64,000 nt of DNA. Source: Lama glama (taxonomy: Eukaryota). Each line of letters opens with the position of its first letter. The first letter of the stretch is position 1. Positions 24,861 to 37,494 of the stretch are shown piece after piece. The stretch lies in contig CM052816.1 of assembly GCA_028534125.1 (NCBI GenBank), forward strand, positions 62,870,001-62,934,000, read 5' to 3'. The translations under genes were made by a program, and so were the position numbers. The notes under the pieces were generated by a model. The model was not told where the DNA came from, ran no database searches, and saw only the letters and a program-made list of their open reading frames with translations.

Positions 24861-25168
24861 AAACATACTTACTTAATGTTTTAGGTACATGTGTTTAATA
24901 TGGACAATCCAGAAAATGCAGATGAATCAAAAAATTAAACACATAAATTCCATCGTTTGATTAATTACCAGAAATATTTCTGTATACACACAAATGCCCC
25001 CATATAATCTTAGTATCTATACTGTTTTTAGTAATATGAATACATTCTGAAAGCTCCAAAAATTGGATCAGGTCCTTTACCTTATGTTTCTATAGGATCC
25101 TATACTTAACCTTACCATAGCATTTTACTATTTGATACTGAATTGCCTACTGAATTGTTGTGCTTCAC

Positions 25169-25786
25169 TTTGGTAACCAGAACCCTAAGATAACCCCTCA
25201 ATGACTCTCAGCCTTGTATAGTACTTTCCCTTTTCAGTGTGAGTAGACTGAGCATAACAAGATATCACTCCCATGACTGTGTTCATTACATGGCAAAAGG
25301 TAGATTATCCAAGTGAGTCTAACCTTATCACATATGTACTTTACAAGCAGAGGATTTTCTCTATTTCATGGCAGCAGTGGAAGTCAGAGAGATTTCCAAC
25401 CATGAGAAGGATTCAGCATGCCCTTGGTGGCTTTAAAGGTAGACAGGGCCATATGTCAGGGCATGAGGGAAGACTTCAGGAGAGCTGGTCCCTAGCTGAC
25501 AACCAGTAAAAAAAAAAAAAAACAAGGATTTGAGTCCTGTAGCCTCAAAGAATGGGATTCAGCTAAGGATCTGAACAGCCTTCTAAGTATATTCTTTCCT
25601 AAAGTTTCCAAATAAGAGAGCAGCTTGGTCAACACATTGACATTGGCCTTGTGAGATCCTAAGTAGGAAGCCCTGTTGAGCCTTGTTCAGATTTCTGACC
25701 TACAGACCTGTGAGCTAACAGATGGCTGTTGTTTCCAGCTGCTAAGTTTGTGGTAATGTGTTACACAGCAATAGAAAACTAATACA
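25169..25786 (+). mobile_element. MLT1E-like MaLR solo LTR inserted in an L2 3' fragment (L2 about 25065-25168 and 25787-25885)
   Basis: TGGTAACCAGAACCCTAAGAT...GATATCACTCCCATGA...GGAAGTCAGAGAGATT...TTCTGACCTACAGA...GCTAAGTTTGTGGTAATGTGTTACACAGCAATAGAAAACTAATACA. Confidence 0.88.
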
Positions 25787-26375
25787 CTGTCCAGGAAAAA
25801 GCAGACTGTAAATGTTGTAAGTGCAGGGACTATCTTGTTCTCTAGCACAGTGGTTGACAAAATAAATACATGGACTTACTGCTGAGGTTAAAAGAGATAG
25901 TATATAAATTTGTGATCTAAATGCAAATTTATATTATAAATTGCAGTATAAATGATAAGAGTTCCTTTTGTCTGGTTCCAAGATGACACATTGGTTTCAT
26001 CTGTGGGCCAAGTCTTACATATTGGCAATAAAGTTCTGGAACATTGAACCCTGACCTGACTTAATGGAAAAGAAGCCATGGTACATGGGGGAGGTCTCTG
26101 TGGTGGAAGATCAGGGAGGTGACAGAACTTATGATGACCATAAGTTAGGCCTGAATCCTTTCATTCTGGGTTTGAGATCTATGTAGCTTTTTCAGAGTGG
26201 GCTCATAGAAGATGAAAAATTAATAGTAGGATCACAGATACTTCTAATCTGAGATTTCCATACAATAAATAAATAGGGGTTAAGAGTAGCTTGGGGGAAA
26301 TTTTTCAGCCCCTGAATGCTGATATGCAAGATTCATTAGACAAGGAAATAGCAAAGTTTAAGGCTTTTTATTTGC

Positions 26376-26576
26376 TTTTTAAATTTCTATTGACTATAGT
26401 CAGTTACAATGTGTCAATTTCTGGTGTACAGCATACATATATTCGTTTTCATATTCTTTTTCATTATTGGTTACAAGATAATTGAATATAATTCCCTGTG
26501 CTATACAGAAGAAACTTGTTTTTTAATCTATTTTATGTATAGTAGCTAATATTAGCAATTCTCAGACTCTCAATTT
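26376..26576 (-). mobile_element. Camelid-lineage L1 3' UTR fragment
   Basis: TATAGTCAGTTACAATGTGTCAATTTCTGGTGTACAGCAT...CCCTGTGCTATACAGAAGAAACTTG. Confidence 0.9.
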
Positions 26577-27687
26577 CATATTTATATTAACTATTCTTTT
26601 TGAAGAAAAGTAGAGGATAAAATTACAAAATATGTATAAAATAGTATGATTGTTTTAATCATGATTAAAATACTCAAGATGTTATTTGAGTGATCTGATT
26701 GACAAAATTTGGTTAAGCTTTGTTCAGTTATGCCTTAATGTTATTCTCATATATAAAAATCTTTATTTTTTAGATAGTTTAACCGTAATTCAAAAATTCC
26801 CAGATGCATGTTTATTCATGTTGGCATTGGTATTTTCTAAAAGACTTGGGATAGTTTCACTCAGATTGTTCACAGATCTCCATGAATAGCACATTTTCTG
26901 AAACTAGGGAACACAAGACAAGGAGACATCTAAATCAAAGATTTTCAGTTTCTTTAAAGCAGTTCTCAAATGCAGCTAACAAATTGGATTAACCAATAAA
27001 AATGAACACAGTCTAACAACTTAAATTTCTAGGGAGAATATTACTCCTTTTTATCTATAACTTGGAGTATACTTTTAAAATTCTACTTTAAATCATAGAA
27101 TGCACTGAATATAACTGAAATAAAACATTTCAGAAATTTAGTTGGTCTGAAGCCTTTATTCCTTGCATTGCGTTTCTTGTTTTCTTTGAATTTACAATTA
27201 CATGAAATGAAATACTTATGATATAGTTGGATGCTGTGAAGTCCTAAAGCCTATAGAATTGTAGAGTTCAGATTATACCATCTGGTTCTGATGAAGTGTA
27301 ATGAGAATTCAAAAGGTGTGGATATAGCACTTAACTGACAGCTGAATAAGGAGGCATAAATAGGCAATGAGATATATATATATGATTTACATGCCCTGCC
27401 TTCTTCCAAGAAGGTAAAATGTCAACTGAATATCTATTATGTGCAAGGTGTGTTATTGCATAGTATAGTTTAACTTTTAAAATAACTCTTTGAAGTAAGG
27501 TATTTTCATTTTAAGTAAAATGAATGTGAGACCCACAGAAACTAGTGATTTGTTCAATGTCTGGGAAAAGAAGTCCTTTTTCTTCATCTTTGAATTTTTA
27601 TAAAAGGTTTCTCCCTCACTCTGAGAGGAGAACTTGTAAAGCGAAAGGATGCAGCCCATAGCTTCTCTAACTTTGCTCCATGCTGGA

Positions 27688-27805
27688 CTCATCTGGGGAT
27701 TTTTGAAAAATACTGATGCCTGAACCCCACCTCTAGAAATTCTGATTTAATTAGTCTGAGGTACATTCTGGACAGCTGAATTCTGGACATCAGAATCTCC
27801 AGAAG
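27688..27805. mobile_element. MER5A-like MITE fragment
   Basis: CATCTGGGGATTTTTGAAAAATACTGATGCCTGAACCCCACCTCTAGAAATTCTGATTTAATTAGTCTGAGGT. Confidence 0.7.
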
Positions 27806-27889
27806 CAAAGTGTCAGGTTCCTGACAAAAGATAAAGTGAAAAGTTGTTAACAGGTATTATATTGAAGACTGTATCAAGACCAATCATAA

Positions 27890-28335
27890 TTTTTTGTTTT
27901 TTTTTTAATTGAAGTATAGTCAGTTTACAATGTTGTGCAAATTTCTGGTGTACACCATGTTTCAGTCATACATATACATACATGTATTCCTTTTCATATT
28001 CTTTTTCATTATAGGTTACAATAAAATATTAAATATAGTTCCCTGTGTTATACAGTAGAAACTTGTTATTTATCTATTTTATATGTAGTAATTAGTATCT
28101 GCAAATCTCAAACTCCCAATTTATTCCCTTCCCACCACCTTCCCCTTGGTAACCGTAAGTTTGTTTTCTGTGTCTGTGAGTCTGTATCTGTTTTGTAAAT
28201 GAGTTCGTTTGTCTTTTTTTTTTTTTTTTGGATTCCACATATAAATGATATCATATGGTATTTTTCTTTTTCTGGCTTACTTTACTTAGAATGACAATCT
28301 CCAGGTCTATCCATATTGCTGCAAATGGCATTATA
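27890..28335 (-). mobile_element. Camelid-lineage L1, 5'-truncated (3' UTR + end of ORF2)
   Basis: T-tract, TTGAAGTATAGTCAGTTTACAATG...GGTAACCGTAAGTTTG...CCATATTGCTGCAAATGGCATTAT. Confidence 0.92.
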
Positions 28336-28357
28336 CTTTCAATTACCAAACCAATTT

Positions 28358-28552
28358 TTTTTATTGAGGTATAGTCAGTTTACATTGTGTTAATTTCTGG
28401 TGTACAGCATAATGTTTTAGTCATACATCTACATACATATATTCATTTTAATATTCTTTTTCATTGTATGTTACTACAGGATATTGAATATAGTTCCCTG
28501 TGCTATACAGAAGAAACTTGTTAACTTATTTTATATATAGTAGTTAATATTT
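28358..28552 (-). mobile_element. Second camelid-lineage L1 3' UTR directly adjacent to the first
   Basis: TTGAGGTATAGTCAGTTTACATTG...TAGTTAATATTT; flanked by CCAAACCA(A/C)TTT at 28346-28357 and 28570-28581. Confidence 0.9.
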
Positions 28553-28804
28553 ATTGGCTACTTAAAAGTCCAAACCACTTTAATTGAGAGTTTAAAATCT
28601 TACATCCAACTTGAAGCTTTTTTTTGCATTCCTCCAATGAAGGTCTGCCCTGCAGCTTGTAAACCTTAGTGAGGAAATAAGAATGCAGTCTGACATTCAC
28701 CCTACTTGTTCCACCTCTTCTCCCCTGCATCCTCAGGCGCTTTTCAAATCAGTGTGGTAAAAGGGGGCTTTTAAGGCAAAAAGCTACAGATCTGTTTGGT
28801 AGCT

Positions 28805-29515
28805 GGTGTTACCTGTAGGTTTTCTTGATTCATATTCCTACTTGTTGAGTGTTTTTATTATGAGAAGGGAGTTGGACTTTGCCTAATGCTTCCCCTGTGT
28901 CTATTTAGTAATTATGTGGATTTTGTATTTTGTCCTTTCATCCACTCATGTGGAGTATTAAATTGATTATTTTCCTGTATTGAACCAACCTTGCACTACC
29001 GGGATCAGTTCCAGCTGATCAGAGTGTAGAATCCTTTTTCTGTATTTCTGTATTTGGTTCGCTAGTATTTTCTTGAGTATTTTGTGTCTATATTCATATA
29101 AGACTTTGGTCTGCAGTTCACTCCTATAACACTTTGTGGGTGGTATCAGGGCTTTACAGAGTAAGTTGGAAAGTGTTCTCTCCTCCTCTATTTTTTTCTG
29201 ATTTTTTTTTTGAATGATGTTAAGTCTTCTTTAAAGATCTGATAATTCAACAGTGATGCCATTGGCTCTGGGTTTTTCACTGTAGGAAGTTGTTTGATTA
29301 CTAATTCTATCCCTTTATTATTATAGTTCTACTTCAGTTTTGTACCTCTTGAGGAAATTTTATTGTCTGTGTGTTTATGAGCTTATTTCATCTAGTTTAT
29401 TTCTTGGATTACATTTGCCTATAGTTTTTGCTTATAGTTATTTTTGTTTCGCTAAGGTTAAAATTAATGTCTCCTTTTTCATTCCAGATTTTCATATTTT
29501 GAGCCCCTGATATCT
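28805..29515 (-). mobile_element. Old L1M ORF2 fragment
   Basis: TTGTTGAGTGTTTTTATTATGA...TGAACCAACCTTGCA...TTCGCTAGTATTTTCTTGAG...AAGTTGGAAAGTGTTCTCTCCTCCTCTATTTT. Confidence 0.85.
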
Positions 29516-31149
29516 TCCTTCCAGTAAATAACCTTAAAAATCCCTTGTGGTATCATCCCCTGCAGAGGGCTTGTTCTGCCCCTGAGTGAACTCATTCTGT
29601 GTTCAGCTTGAACCTTGGTTAGTAAGAGCTGTCCTTCCTTCATCCAGAGTAGTTTTCTAATTTCAAACTTTTGCAGAGGGGGAGGATGGTCACACCAATG
29701 CTTCTCATTCCTTTGAAAACTCAACTTTTGTGTTGTCATTCATCTTACATTCTATTATCTAGATCCTTTTCAGCCCTGTTAGGATTCCTGGAACAGACCA
29801 AGTTCAATTTTCCTATATCAGATGTGCACATACCTTTGAGTACTCCCTATGATAAAATATAAAGTGCTCTTTGTGTATTGCCATTAGCCAAAATTTGAGG
29901 TTATGTATTTGTGACTTTGACCTCAAAAAACAAGGGATTTACTGTATCTTCTTCCTTCTCAACATCTACTTGATCACAAATGTAAATCAAATAGAATTTA
30001 AAGTTTCCATAGTTTTGAATTTCTATCTGATCAGAAGATTCTAGCCAGGTGGTGGCCCAAGTTCACCTTTTAATTATGACTCCTTGGTCAGCATTCCCTT
30101 CTTAACTTAAGCATGTCTTGATCTCACCTGAATTCCATAAAATATTTAATTTTCATTTAGTCCTCAGTCTTTATTCCTAGCTTATGGGAGCCTTATGTCC
30201 TTTCTTTGCTCTTTGAATATCAAGTCTCTGTGTGGTCTTCGCTACTAGAAAATAATTTCCTTTTTGCAGTCTAGACCTCCTTCCCCAGCCATTTGGACAG
30301 CATACATTTGTACTTTTATCTATTGCTTCTGAGACCTGAGATTCTAAAAATGTCACATTGAGTTGATTAGCATATTCAAGCACGTTTATCATCCCTCGTG
30401 GATATCATCATCACCATCAATCATTCACTTTTGTTGGCTTCTTACTCTGTTGCAGGCACTGGGTACTTTCAGAGAAGTAAAATACCAGAAGTCCCTAATC
30501 CATTACGTAATATGGAGAACATGAGCTGAGTCATACAGTGAGAGTGAAAAATGATTTTTCACTTTAGCGTCTCTACATTTCTACCTCTGTTATGTGATAT
30601 TCTAGGGGAGAAATTCAAAGAAAAGGTGAAGGCAAAGTCATAAAAATTCATAAAACCAGCAAACTCCTTTCATATCTAGAGCTCATTGCTATATATCATA
30701 TGCTATTAAACTTTATGCCAGAAAGAAGCATACTTTCTGAAAATGTGTTGAGATTATTTTCAACAACACAAACTCAACATTATTAACAACTAGGGATCTG
30801 TTGTGAATCCCATTTTGCACAGATAGGAGATTAACATAGCTCAGCAAAATTCTGAATTGGACAATTTTGGTGGGGTGCAAGTTAATAAAAAAAAAATCCA
30901 CCTTATTTGACACATCAGAATATTACATTTCAAGCCCTGGTGAGTCAGGGTGCCCGAGGGAATCAGTATAACTGGTGACATTAAACTTAGAAACCATACC
31001 AAAAACTTCAAAACTTTTACTGTGTATTTGCAAGTTTTAGCCCTTCTCCAAAGGAATGGCTGCTGCCTCTCCACCCAGACTACTTCCCTGTTAGCACTAC
31101 CAGGCAGTGCTGCCTAAATGGCTAAGTAGCTCTGAGAATTCATAGGCCT

Positions 31150-31430
31150 ACAGAGTCATTCAGAGTGGCAACACTAGGCCAGGTTCTGGGGACACAATTG
31201 TGAATGAGACAGGCACAGATCATGGAATCTAGTGGAGGAAGAAAGCCATATCTAAGTCAACAAACATGCAAAAAAAATGATGCCAAATTGTGATAAGGCT
31301 ATGGAGTTAATAAACTAGGGGCCTGAGACTCAAATAATGGGGTAATACAAGTTAGGGAAGACCTCTCAGAGCAGGTCTTTAAGCAAGGGGGAAGTGGATT
31401 ACAGATGGAAGAAACAGTATGTACATCATC
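31150..31430 (-). mobile_element. L2 fragment
   Basis: CTAGGCCAGGTTCTGGGGACACAATTGTGAATGAGACAGGCACAG...TGTGATAAGGCTATGGAG...AGGGAAGACCTCTC. Confidence 0.65.
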
Positions 31431-32814
31431 TGGGGTGATTCTAAGAAAGGGAAATGACCCCACAGATCATACACAGATTAGCCACAGTGTGTAAAGCACC
31501 ACAATTAGGAGTTTAAAAATCGTATTGAGGCTTTTCTTTTATATATCTAACTCGCTGGAAGTGATAACCTATAAAACATTCTCAAAATTAATACTATACA
31601 ATTAAGATGGGAGTACAGCTTTGGTGTTTGGAAAGAGCACAGGAGAAATTCAGGTTGTCTATTTAATTGAATCAATTAATATGTTGACTCTACTAACTCA
31701 TACACAGAATTAATGACAAATCACTTTGTTTCCACATCTTAGTATCTTCAACTGTAAAGCAAGGTAATTACATAATCAAACTAGATAATAATTTTAAACA
31801 TACTATATAAATTATGAAATCTTAACATAAGGTGATAATAGTGTTTTTTAGTGATGGAGGAGGAGGGTAAGGTCTAAAGTAGTCACAGTTTTGCCCAACA
31901 CCAACATTAACATCTAGCTTCAACGATAGCCATTGTGGACAGGAAGGATGCTAGTGAGACTACAGTGTTGACTTCCTTCACAGGCTCTAACAGCTTCTCT
32001 CTAGAGAAATGGTCACTGACTGTTTTCTTCTCTTTAAAGGTCTAACTGGGATACTAGTATGTAGAAGTAGTCTATCTCTGTTGAGAAGTTTTGCTTTAGT
32101 CATCCAAACATAAAGGAAAAACTGAGTTGGTGGAGGAGGGTCAGAGGAGACATTTGTACAAAGTGACTTTCTTCCTTATGCTCATCTATGATAAGGGTCT
32201 CCACAGTATTGAGAGACATTTCTCAAGTTCAAGGACGTGTGGCTACTTTCCACTGCTGCTGATAGTATCAGATTGAGGCTGAGAAATGTGTATAGACCAG
32301 CATTCAATTCAGCTAGAATGTGACTCCTGGAGGTATATGGTTAGAGTTAACTCCTTTATGGCTCCAGCTTTCAGAATCCTTATGCTCTTTCTGTAGAAAA
32401 ATACACCATTAAGAATGATTTGAAACTCTTTCACATTGATGTATAAATGTCTGAAATTTGGTTAGAAGTCTGGAAATTGGGGTCCTTGCCTTGGTTTGAG
32501 ATGACTTACCAAGTTTCTTGACCTTCCAAACCTCTCCTTCCTCGAATATAAAATAAAGGAATTGTTCATTGTGGTGATTTTCAAACTCACTAGAGTTTTT
32601 GGACATGTAGATGCCAAAACCCTGGCCATAGAAACTTAATAAGTCAATAGAACTGACTCAAGTGATTCAGATTCAATTTGGAATTGCAGGACTAAGGAGA
32701 CTTTAAGGCTCCTTCTAGCATGAAAATTCTAGAATTCAAAGATTTAACTGGCAAGATTTCTGACATTAAAATACAATCACAGATTTTTAGCTGGCTCTCT
32801 ATTAGTGACAATAA

Positions 32815-33360
32815 GAATCACTAATGCTTTATCCAGAGCTTATTCTGCACCTGAGACTCTGCTAAACACTTCATATGTATTTTCATGCAATACTTATAAC
32901 AATCCCATGAAGTCGGAACTATTATCCTCATTACAGAGATGATTAATTTCAGAAACAGAAACACAGAAATGATAATGTGGCAAACACCTCCAGAGTATTT
33001 ATTATGTACCAGACATTACAGTATTACAGACTATATCCTTAAAAATCATGTATATCTGAATCTCCTCACAACACCGTGTATATGTGCTGTTATCATCATT
33101 ATCCCTTTTTTGTAGGTGAGGAGTCCAAGGAATAGAGAGATTAAGTAATTTGTATTAAGATTACATAGTAATTAAGTGACAGGGGATTTAAACCTAGGCA
33201 GTCTGATTCCAGAATTCATGCCCTTAACTAACACAATGCAATCATATGTACTCTGTTTCTCAGAAATGTCTGGTAACTAGCCCAAGTTTGTGTAGCAAGT
33301 CAGAGGTCATTACTGAAATGAAACACTCAATTTTATTTTAGAGCCCCTGTTCATAACTAC
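32815..33360 (-). mobile_element. Cluster of two or more MIR SINEs (apparently nested)
   Basis: CTCTGCTAAACACTTCATATGTATTTTC...; TCCTCACAACACC...TAGGTGAGGAGTCCAAGG...GAGATTAAGTAATTTG...GGATTTAAACCTAGGCAGTCTGATTCCAGA; GGTAACTAGCCCAAG. Confidence 0.75.
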
Positions 33361-33731
33361 TACCCTATTAGCAATGCTTGGAAGCAGTAGTCTCTACATA
33401 GTTGGTGGTGGAATGTGGAAAACTCAAGGGCATTGCACTAGGACTGCCAGGTTTAGGGAGAGACGGTACCTATAACCAAGCAATATGTCTGCAGAGACAG
33501 AAAAACACAAAAATAAGATAGAAAAGTACTGTGCTCTTCAAGTTCTCACATCCCGTCTCTTAAATTCTTTCCCTTGTTTGTGTGTTTCCTCTAACTGTGC
33601 AGTGCTTAAGTACAGAGCACAGCTGAAAGGATTCATCTAAGATCTTCCTCCCATGATGAATGGAGCAACTTTATAAAAGGAAATTTTGGATTTTACTGAG
33701 TGTCTGCTATGTGCCTAGCATCATATTATGT

Positions 33732-34205
33732 CCATGGTTCCAAACTTTTTGGTCTCAGGACCACTTTACATGTAAAAATTATTGAGGACCACAAAGAATT
33801 TTTGTTTATGTGGGTTACAGAGCAATCAACATTTGTTGTATTATAATTTAAAATAAAATTTTAAAACAATTTATTAATCCATTTCAAAATAATAGTAACA
33901 AACCTATTACATTATCCATAACATATTTTTATAAAAAGTAATATTATTTTCCACAATTTTTTTATTAGTGAGAAAGTGGCACTGTTTTAAATTTTTGCAA
34001 ATCTTTTTAATATCTGGCTTAGCAAAATCCAACTGAATTCTCATATCTGCTTCTGCATTTAATCTGTTATGATATCACACATATGTAGTCACTGGAAAAC
34101 TCCACTGTACACTTGGTGGAATGAAACTAGTTTTGACCCTCTGGACCTCATAAAAAAGTATCTGGGACCACCAGAGACCCCCGAACCATACTTTGAGAGT
34201 CACTA
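33732..34205. mobile_element. Charlie1-family hAT non-autonomous element (Charlie1b-like)
   Basis: TGGTTCCAAACTTTTTGGTCTCAGGACC...AAAAATTATTGAGGACC...TTCTCATATCTGCTTCTGCATT...CCATACTTTGAGAGTCACT. Confidence 0.85.
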
Positions 34206-34239
34206 TGAAAGATACCGTATGTCAATTATAATGAAAGGG

Positions 34240-35108
34240 AAGGTGTTACAATTACCATATAGAGAAGTCTTAAAGTCAGCAATAAAAAGATGTCAGATAA
34301 AATGGGCAAAGGACGTTAAGAGCTGTTTCTCCAAACAATATATACAAATGTCTAATAAGGACAGGAAAAGGTGTTCAAATTCATTAGTCATTAGGCAAAT
34401 GCAATTCAAAATCATAATGAGATACCACTTCATACCCACTAAGTTAGCTAACGTAAAAAAGACATAAATGTTGGTAAGGATATGAAGGGATTAGGACCCT
34501 TATACATTGCTAATGAGTTTGTCAAATGGTGATGCTATTTTGGAAAACAGTTTATCAATTCCTCAAAATATTAAGCATAGAGTTGTAATATGACCCAGCA
34601 GTTTCACTCCTTCTTATATATTCGATAGAAATGAAAACACTTGTGCACACATGTTTATGGCAGCATTATTTATAATAGCCTAAAAGTGAAACAACTCAAA
34701 TGTTCATCAACTAATGAATGGATAAAAAATATGTGGGATATCTAAATAATGGCATGTTATTAGGCTGTAAGTAAGAATTAAGTCCGGATACACGCTAGAG
34801 CATGGTTGAACCGTGAGAACATCGTTCTAAGAGAAAAAAATCAGACACCAAATGCAAGATGTCATATATTCTCATTTATATGAAATCTCCAGAATAGGCA
34901 AATCTGTTGAGGCAGAAAGCAGATCAGTGGTTGTCAGGGGCTAGGAAAAGGGAAGGATGACTTCTAATGAATATGAGATTTCTTTTTGGTTGATGAAAAT
35001 GCTCTGGAATGAGAGAGTGATGGTAGTTGCACATCTGGTGAATATACCAAAAACAACAGGATTTTATGGTATGTGAGTTGTATCTCAATAATGATTTTAT
35101 AAAAATAA
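34240..35108 (+). mobile_element. Old L1 (L1MB-like) ORF2 end and 3' UTR
   Basis: AAATGGGCAAAGGAC...GCAAATGCAATTCAAAATCATAATGAGATACCACTTCA...CCAGAATAGGCAAATC...GGTATGTGAGTTGTATCTCAATAA. Confidence 0.9.
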
Positions 35109-36184
35109 GATAACTTTTCTTTCCAAGATTCTAATATATTCCCCAGAACATTCACCAGCCCACTGTATGCCCTATCTCCTTGTTCTCCAGAAGCCCTTAC
35201 CATTGAAGCCACTGCTTTAGTGAGCAGCTGATAAAAGTGAGATGAAATTTTCTCATGATCCACTCTCAGTATATTAGAGGGGAGTGGGGAAAAATTTGAA
35301 AACCTTTACGTACAGATTCTGGGATAAACATTACAACAGATAGGGACAGTTACACCTGTGTCCATTCTACAAGTCAGCAACTCTGACCACTGCAGTTTAA
35401 CAACCCCCTCAATCTACCCAGAGCAGTTTAGCTGATAAACAGCAGAGGAGAGGCGCACACACAAAGCCTGACCTGTCAGGTCACATCCATGGCCAGCTTC
35501 CCCATAGGCAGTATAATTGTAAGTGAATATTTTCACTTGGTTTAACTAGATTCTAGGCTGTGTAAGCATGTTCCATCTTAAAAAAAAAAAAAGAATGGCA
35601 ACAGATGTGTAAAAGCTTCACTTTTATTGACATAAAATTAAAACTCAGAGTATAAAATATGAATTGAGCTAAAGGGTAGATATATTCCTAATTACCACCT
35701 TAGTCCTTCTTAATTGAAGTATACTAAGCCTACTGTAGTATTTGAACCAATTATTGTTTACATATTCTAATTCCTACCAATCTCTTCTCTTGACACCAGT
35801 TCCTTTAATGCCAGACTTTCCTCTTTTTCATTTTCACTTGCTGCCCTGAACTGCACTGACATAAGTGATTGGCAGGAGGGACCTTATGTCAACAGCTGTG
35901 ACTCTATTAGCAGTATACAGAAAGAATCAGCTTTGCCTGCTCATCCTTACTGGCACAGTGCAGAGTCTGGCCTTCACCTCTCCTGGGCTTCAGGGCTGTA
36001 ATCATTGTTGTAAAGAAATCTTTTGTTTTCTTTCAGCGACAGAGGCAATGTCACCAGCACTGCTTTTAAAGGCATCTTATCTGACAGCAGTTTGGGAGCT
36101 ACTAGTCAGTCTGCCTTAAACACATTATTTGGTACCTAATACCCCCCAGCCCCAACCAAAGCAAACAAGTGTTATTATAAAGTG

Positions 36185-36420
36185 TATGGGCCTGCATTTC
36201 ATATGTCTGTATTCAATCCCAAACTTCTTTCCTTCCAACTCTGTGATTTTGAACAGGTTACTTAACCATTTTAAGAAGGTAATGATAGCATTTAATAATA
36301 AAATATAAGAGGTTAATAATAGAATTCACCTCATCAGTTATTATAAAAATAAAGACTTCATCCATGAAGGTATTTGGAACAGTTCCTGACACGCACTAAG
36401 AGCTCGTAAGATGCTAACAG
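36185..36420 (+). mobile_element. MIR SINE
   Basis: TTCAATCCCAAACTTC...CTGTGATTTTGAACAGGTTACTTAACC...AACAGTTCCTGACACGCACTAAGAGCTC. Confidence 0.7.
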
Positions 36421-36549
36421 TAACATGTAAGATGCCCTTCCGGTGTGCTCCTACATTTGGTCGGCTAAAGTTAGTTTGTTTCAAGAAGATTAAACTGAAG
36501 ATTGAGGCAGGCCACTTGTTTTACTAAGTATTCAGTAACGGTTTGCTAT

Positions 36550-36905
36550 TTTTTAACAGCCTTTTTGTGATATAAATGACATACAATGTATTGCACATAT
36601 TTAAAGTGTAAAATTTCATGAACTTAACCGATTTATATACCTATAAATCCATCATCACAATCAAGAAAATAAACATACCCATCGCTCTAAAAAGTTCGCT
36701 CAGATTGCTTTGTAATACAACTATTCCTCCCTGCCACCACTCAGCCTTGGTCTCCAGCAGCTACTGATTTGCTTAGAGTCATAATAACTTTCCATTTTCT
36801 AGAATTTTATGGAATTGAACTATGTCCATATAATTTTTTTTGTCTGTTTTCTTTCATTTATCAGTTCTTTGTGTGAATAAATGCTTTCCCTTGTCTTGGT
36901 TAAAT
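36550..36905 (-). mobile_element. Old L1M 3' end
   Basis: TTTAACAGCCTTTTTGTGATATAAATGACATACAAT...CACATATTTAAAGTGTA...TTTTCTAGAATTTTAT. Confidence 0.8.
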
Positions 36906-36909
36906 AAAT

Positions 36910-37338
36910 GCCTCAGGTATCTTCCTTAGGTGATTTCCTCACATATATTTGCTGATCGGTATCTAGCTGAAGGCTCTAGAGGAATGACCTGCAGATTTCT
37001 GGATCTTCCTCTGTGCATCTCTCTCTGCTCTCCAGTAATGTACCCTGAGAACTCTAGCCACTTGGACTTTTCAGAATTCTCATCAACTTAGGCACATAGC
37101 CAGGCTCTATACAGGATTCCCCTCCCTGTACTGTGATGTGGAGATTCTCTCCACGGAGTAAGCTGGAGTAATCTTAGAGCCCTTTTCATTATTTTTCTTT
37201 CTCTGGATATCACTGCCCTATACTGCGTCTTCTCTACTCTATGAAAAGAATTACTTTCATGCATTTTTCTGATTGTTTAGTTGTTTACGGTGAGAGGGCA
37301 AATCTTTGCTGTGTTACTCTCATCAGTAGACATTCTAG
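36910..37338 (-). mobile_element. Old L1M 5' UTR terminus
   Basis: Reverse complement reads GTAACACAGCAAAGATTTGCCCTCTCACCGTAAACAACTAAACAATCAGAAAAATGCATGAAAG...GGGCAGTGATATCCAGAGA...CCAGCTTACT...ATCTGCAG...TGTGAGGAAATCACC, typical of L1MD/L1ME 5' ends. Confidence 0.7.
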
Positions 37339-37494
37339 TGAGTTATTATCGAAGACAGTTATTTATTCACCATGCTGATATGTTTTAAATTTTAAAAAGT
37401 AATTAAACCTTGGAAGATGTCATATTATTTTTTATGATTTTTCCCCAGTGAAATATCACTTATAGTTCACCCTTTAATTTTGATAATCATCAAT

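Noticed and set aside
30941..30947. AP-1 sites TGA(G/C)TCA scattered through the window
   Set aside because: A 7-mer is expected several times by chance in 64 kb; no clustering.
33104..33121. YAG|GTGAG recursive-splice-like motifs (also near 55635)
   Set aside because: Both derive from the antisense MIR core (TTTTACAGATGAGG variant).
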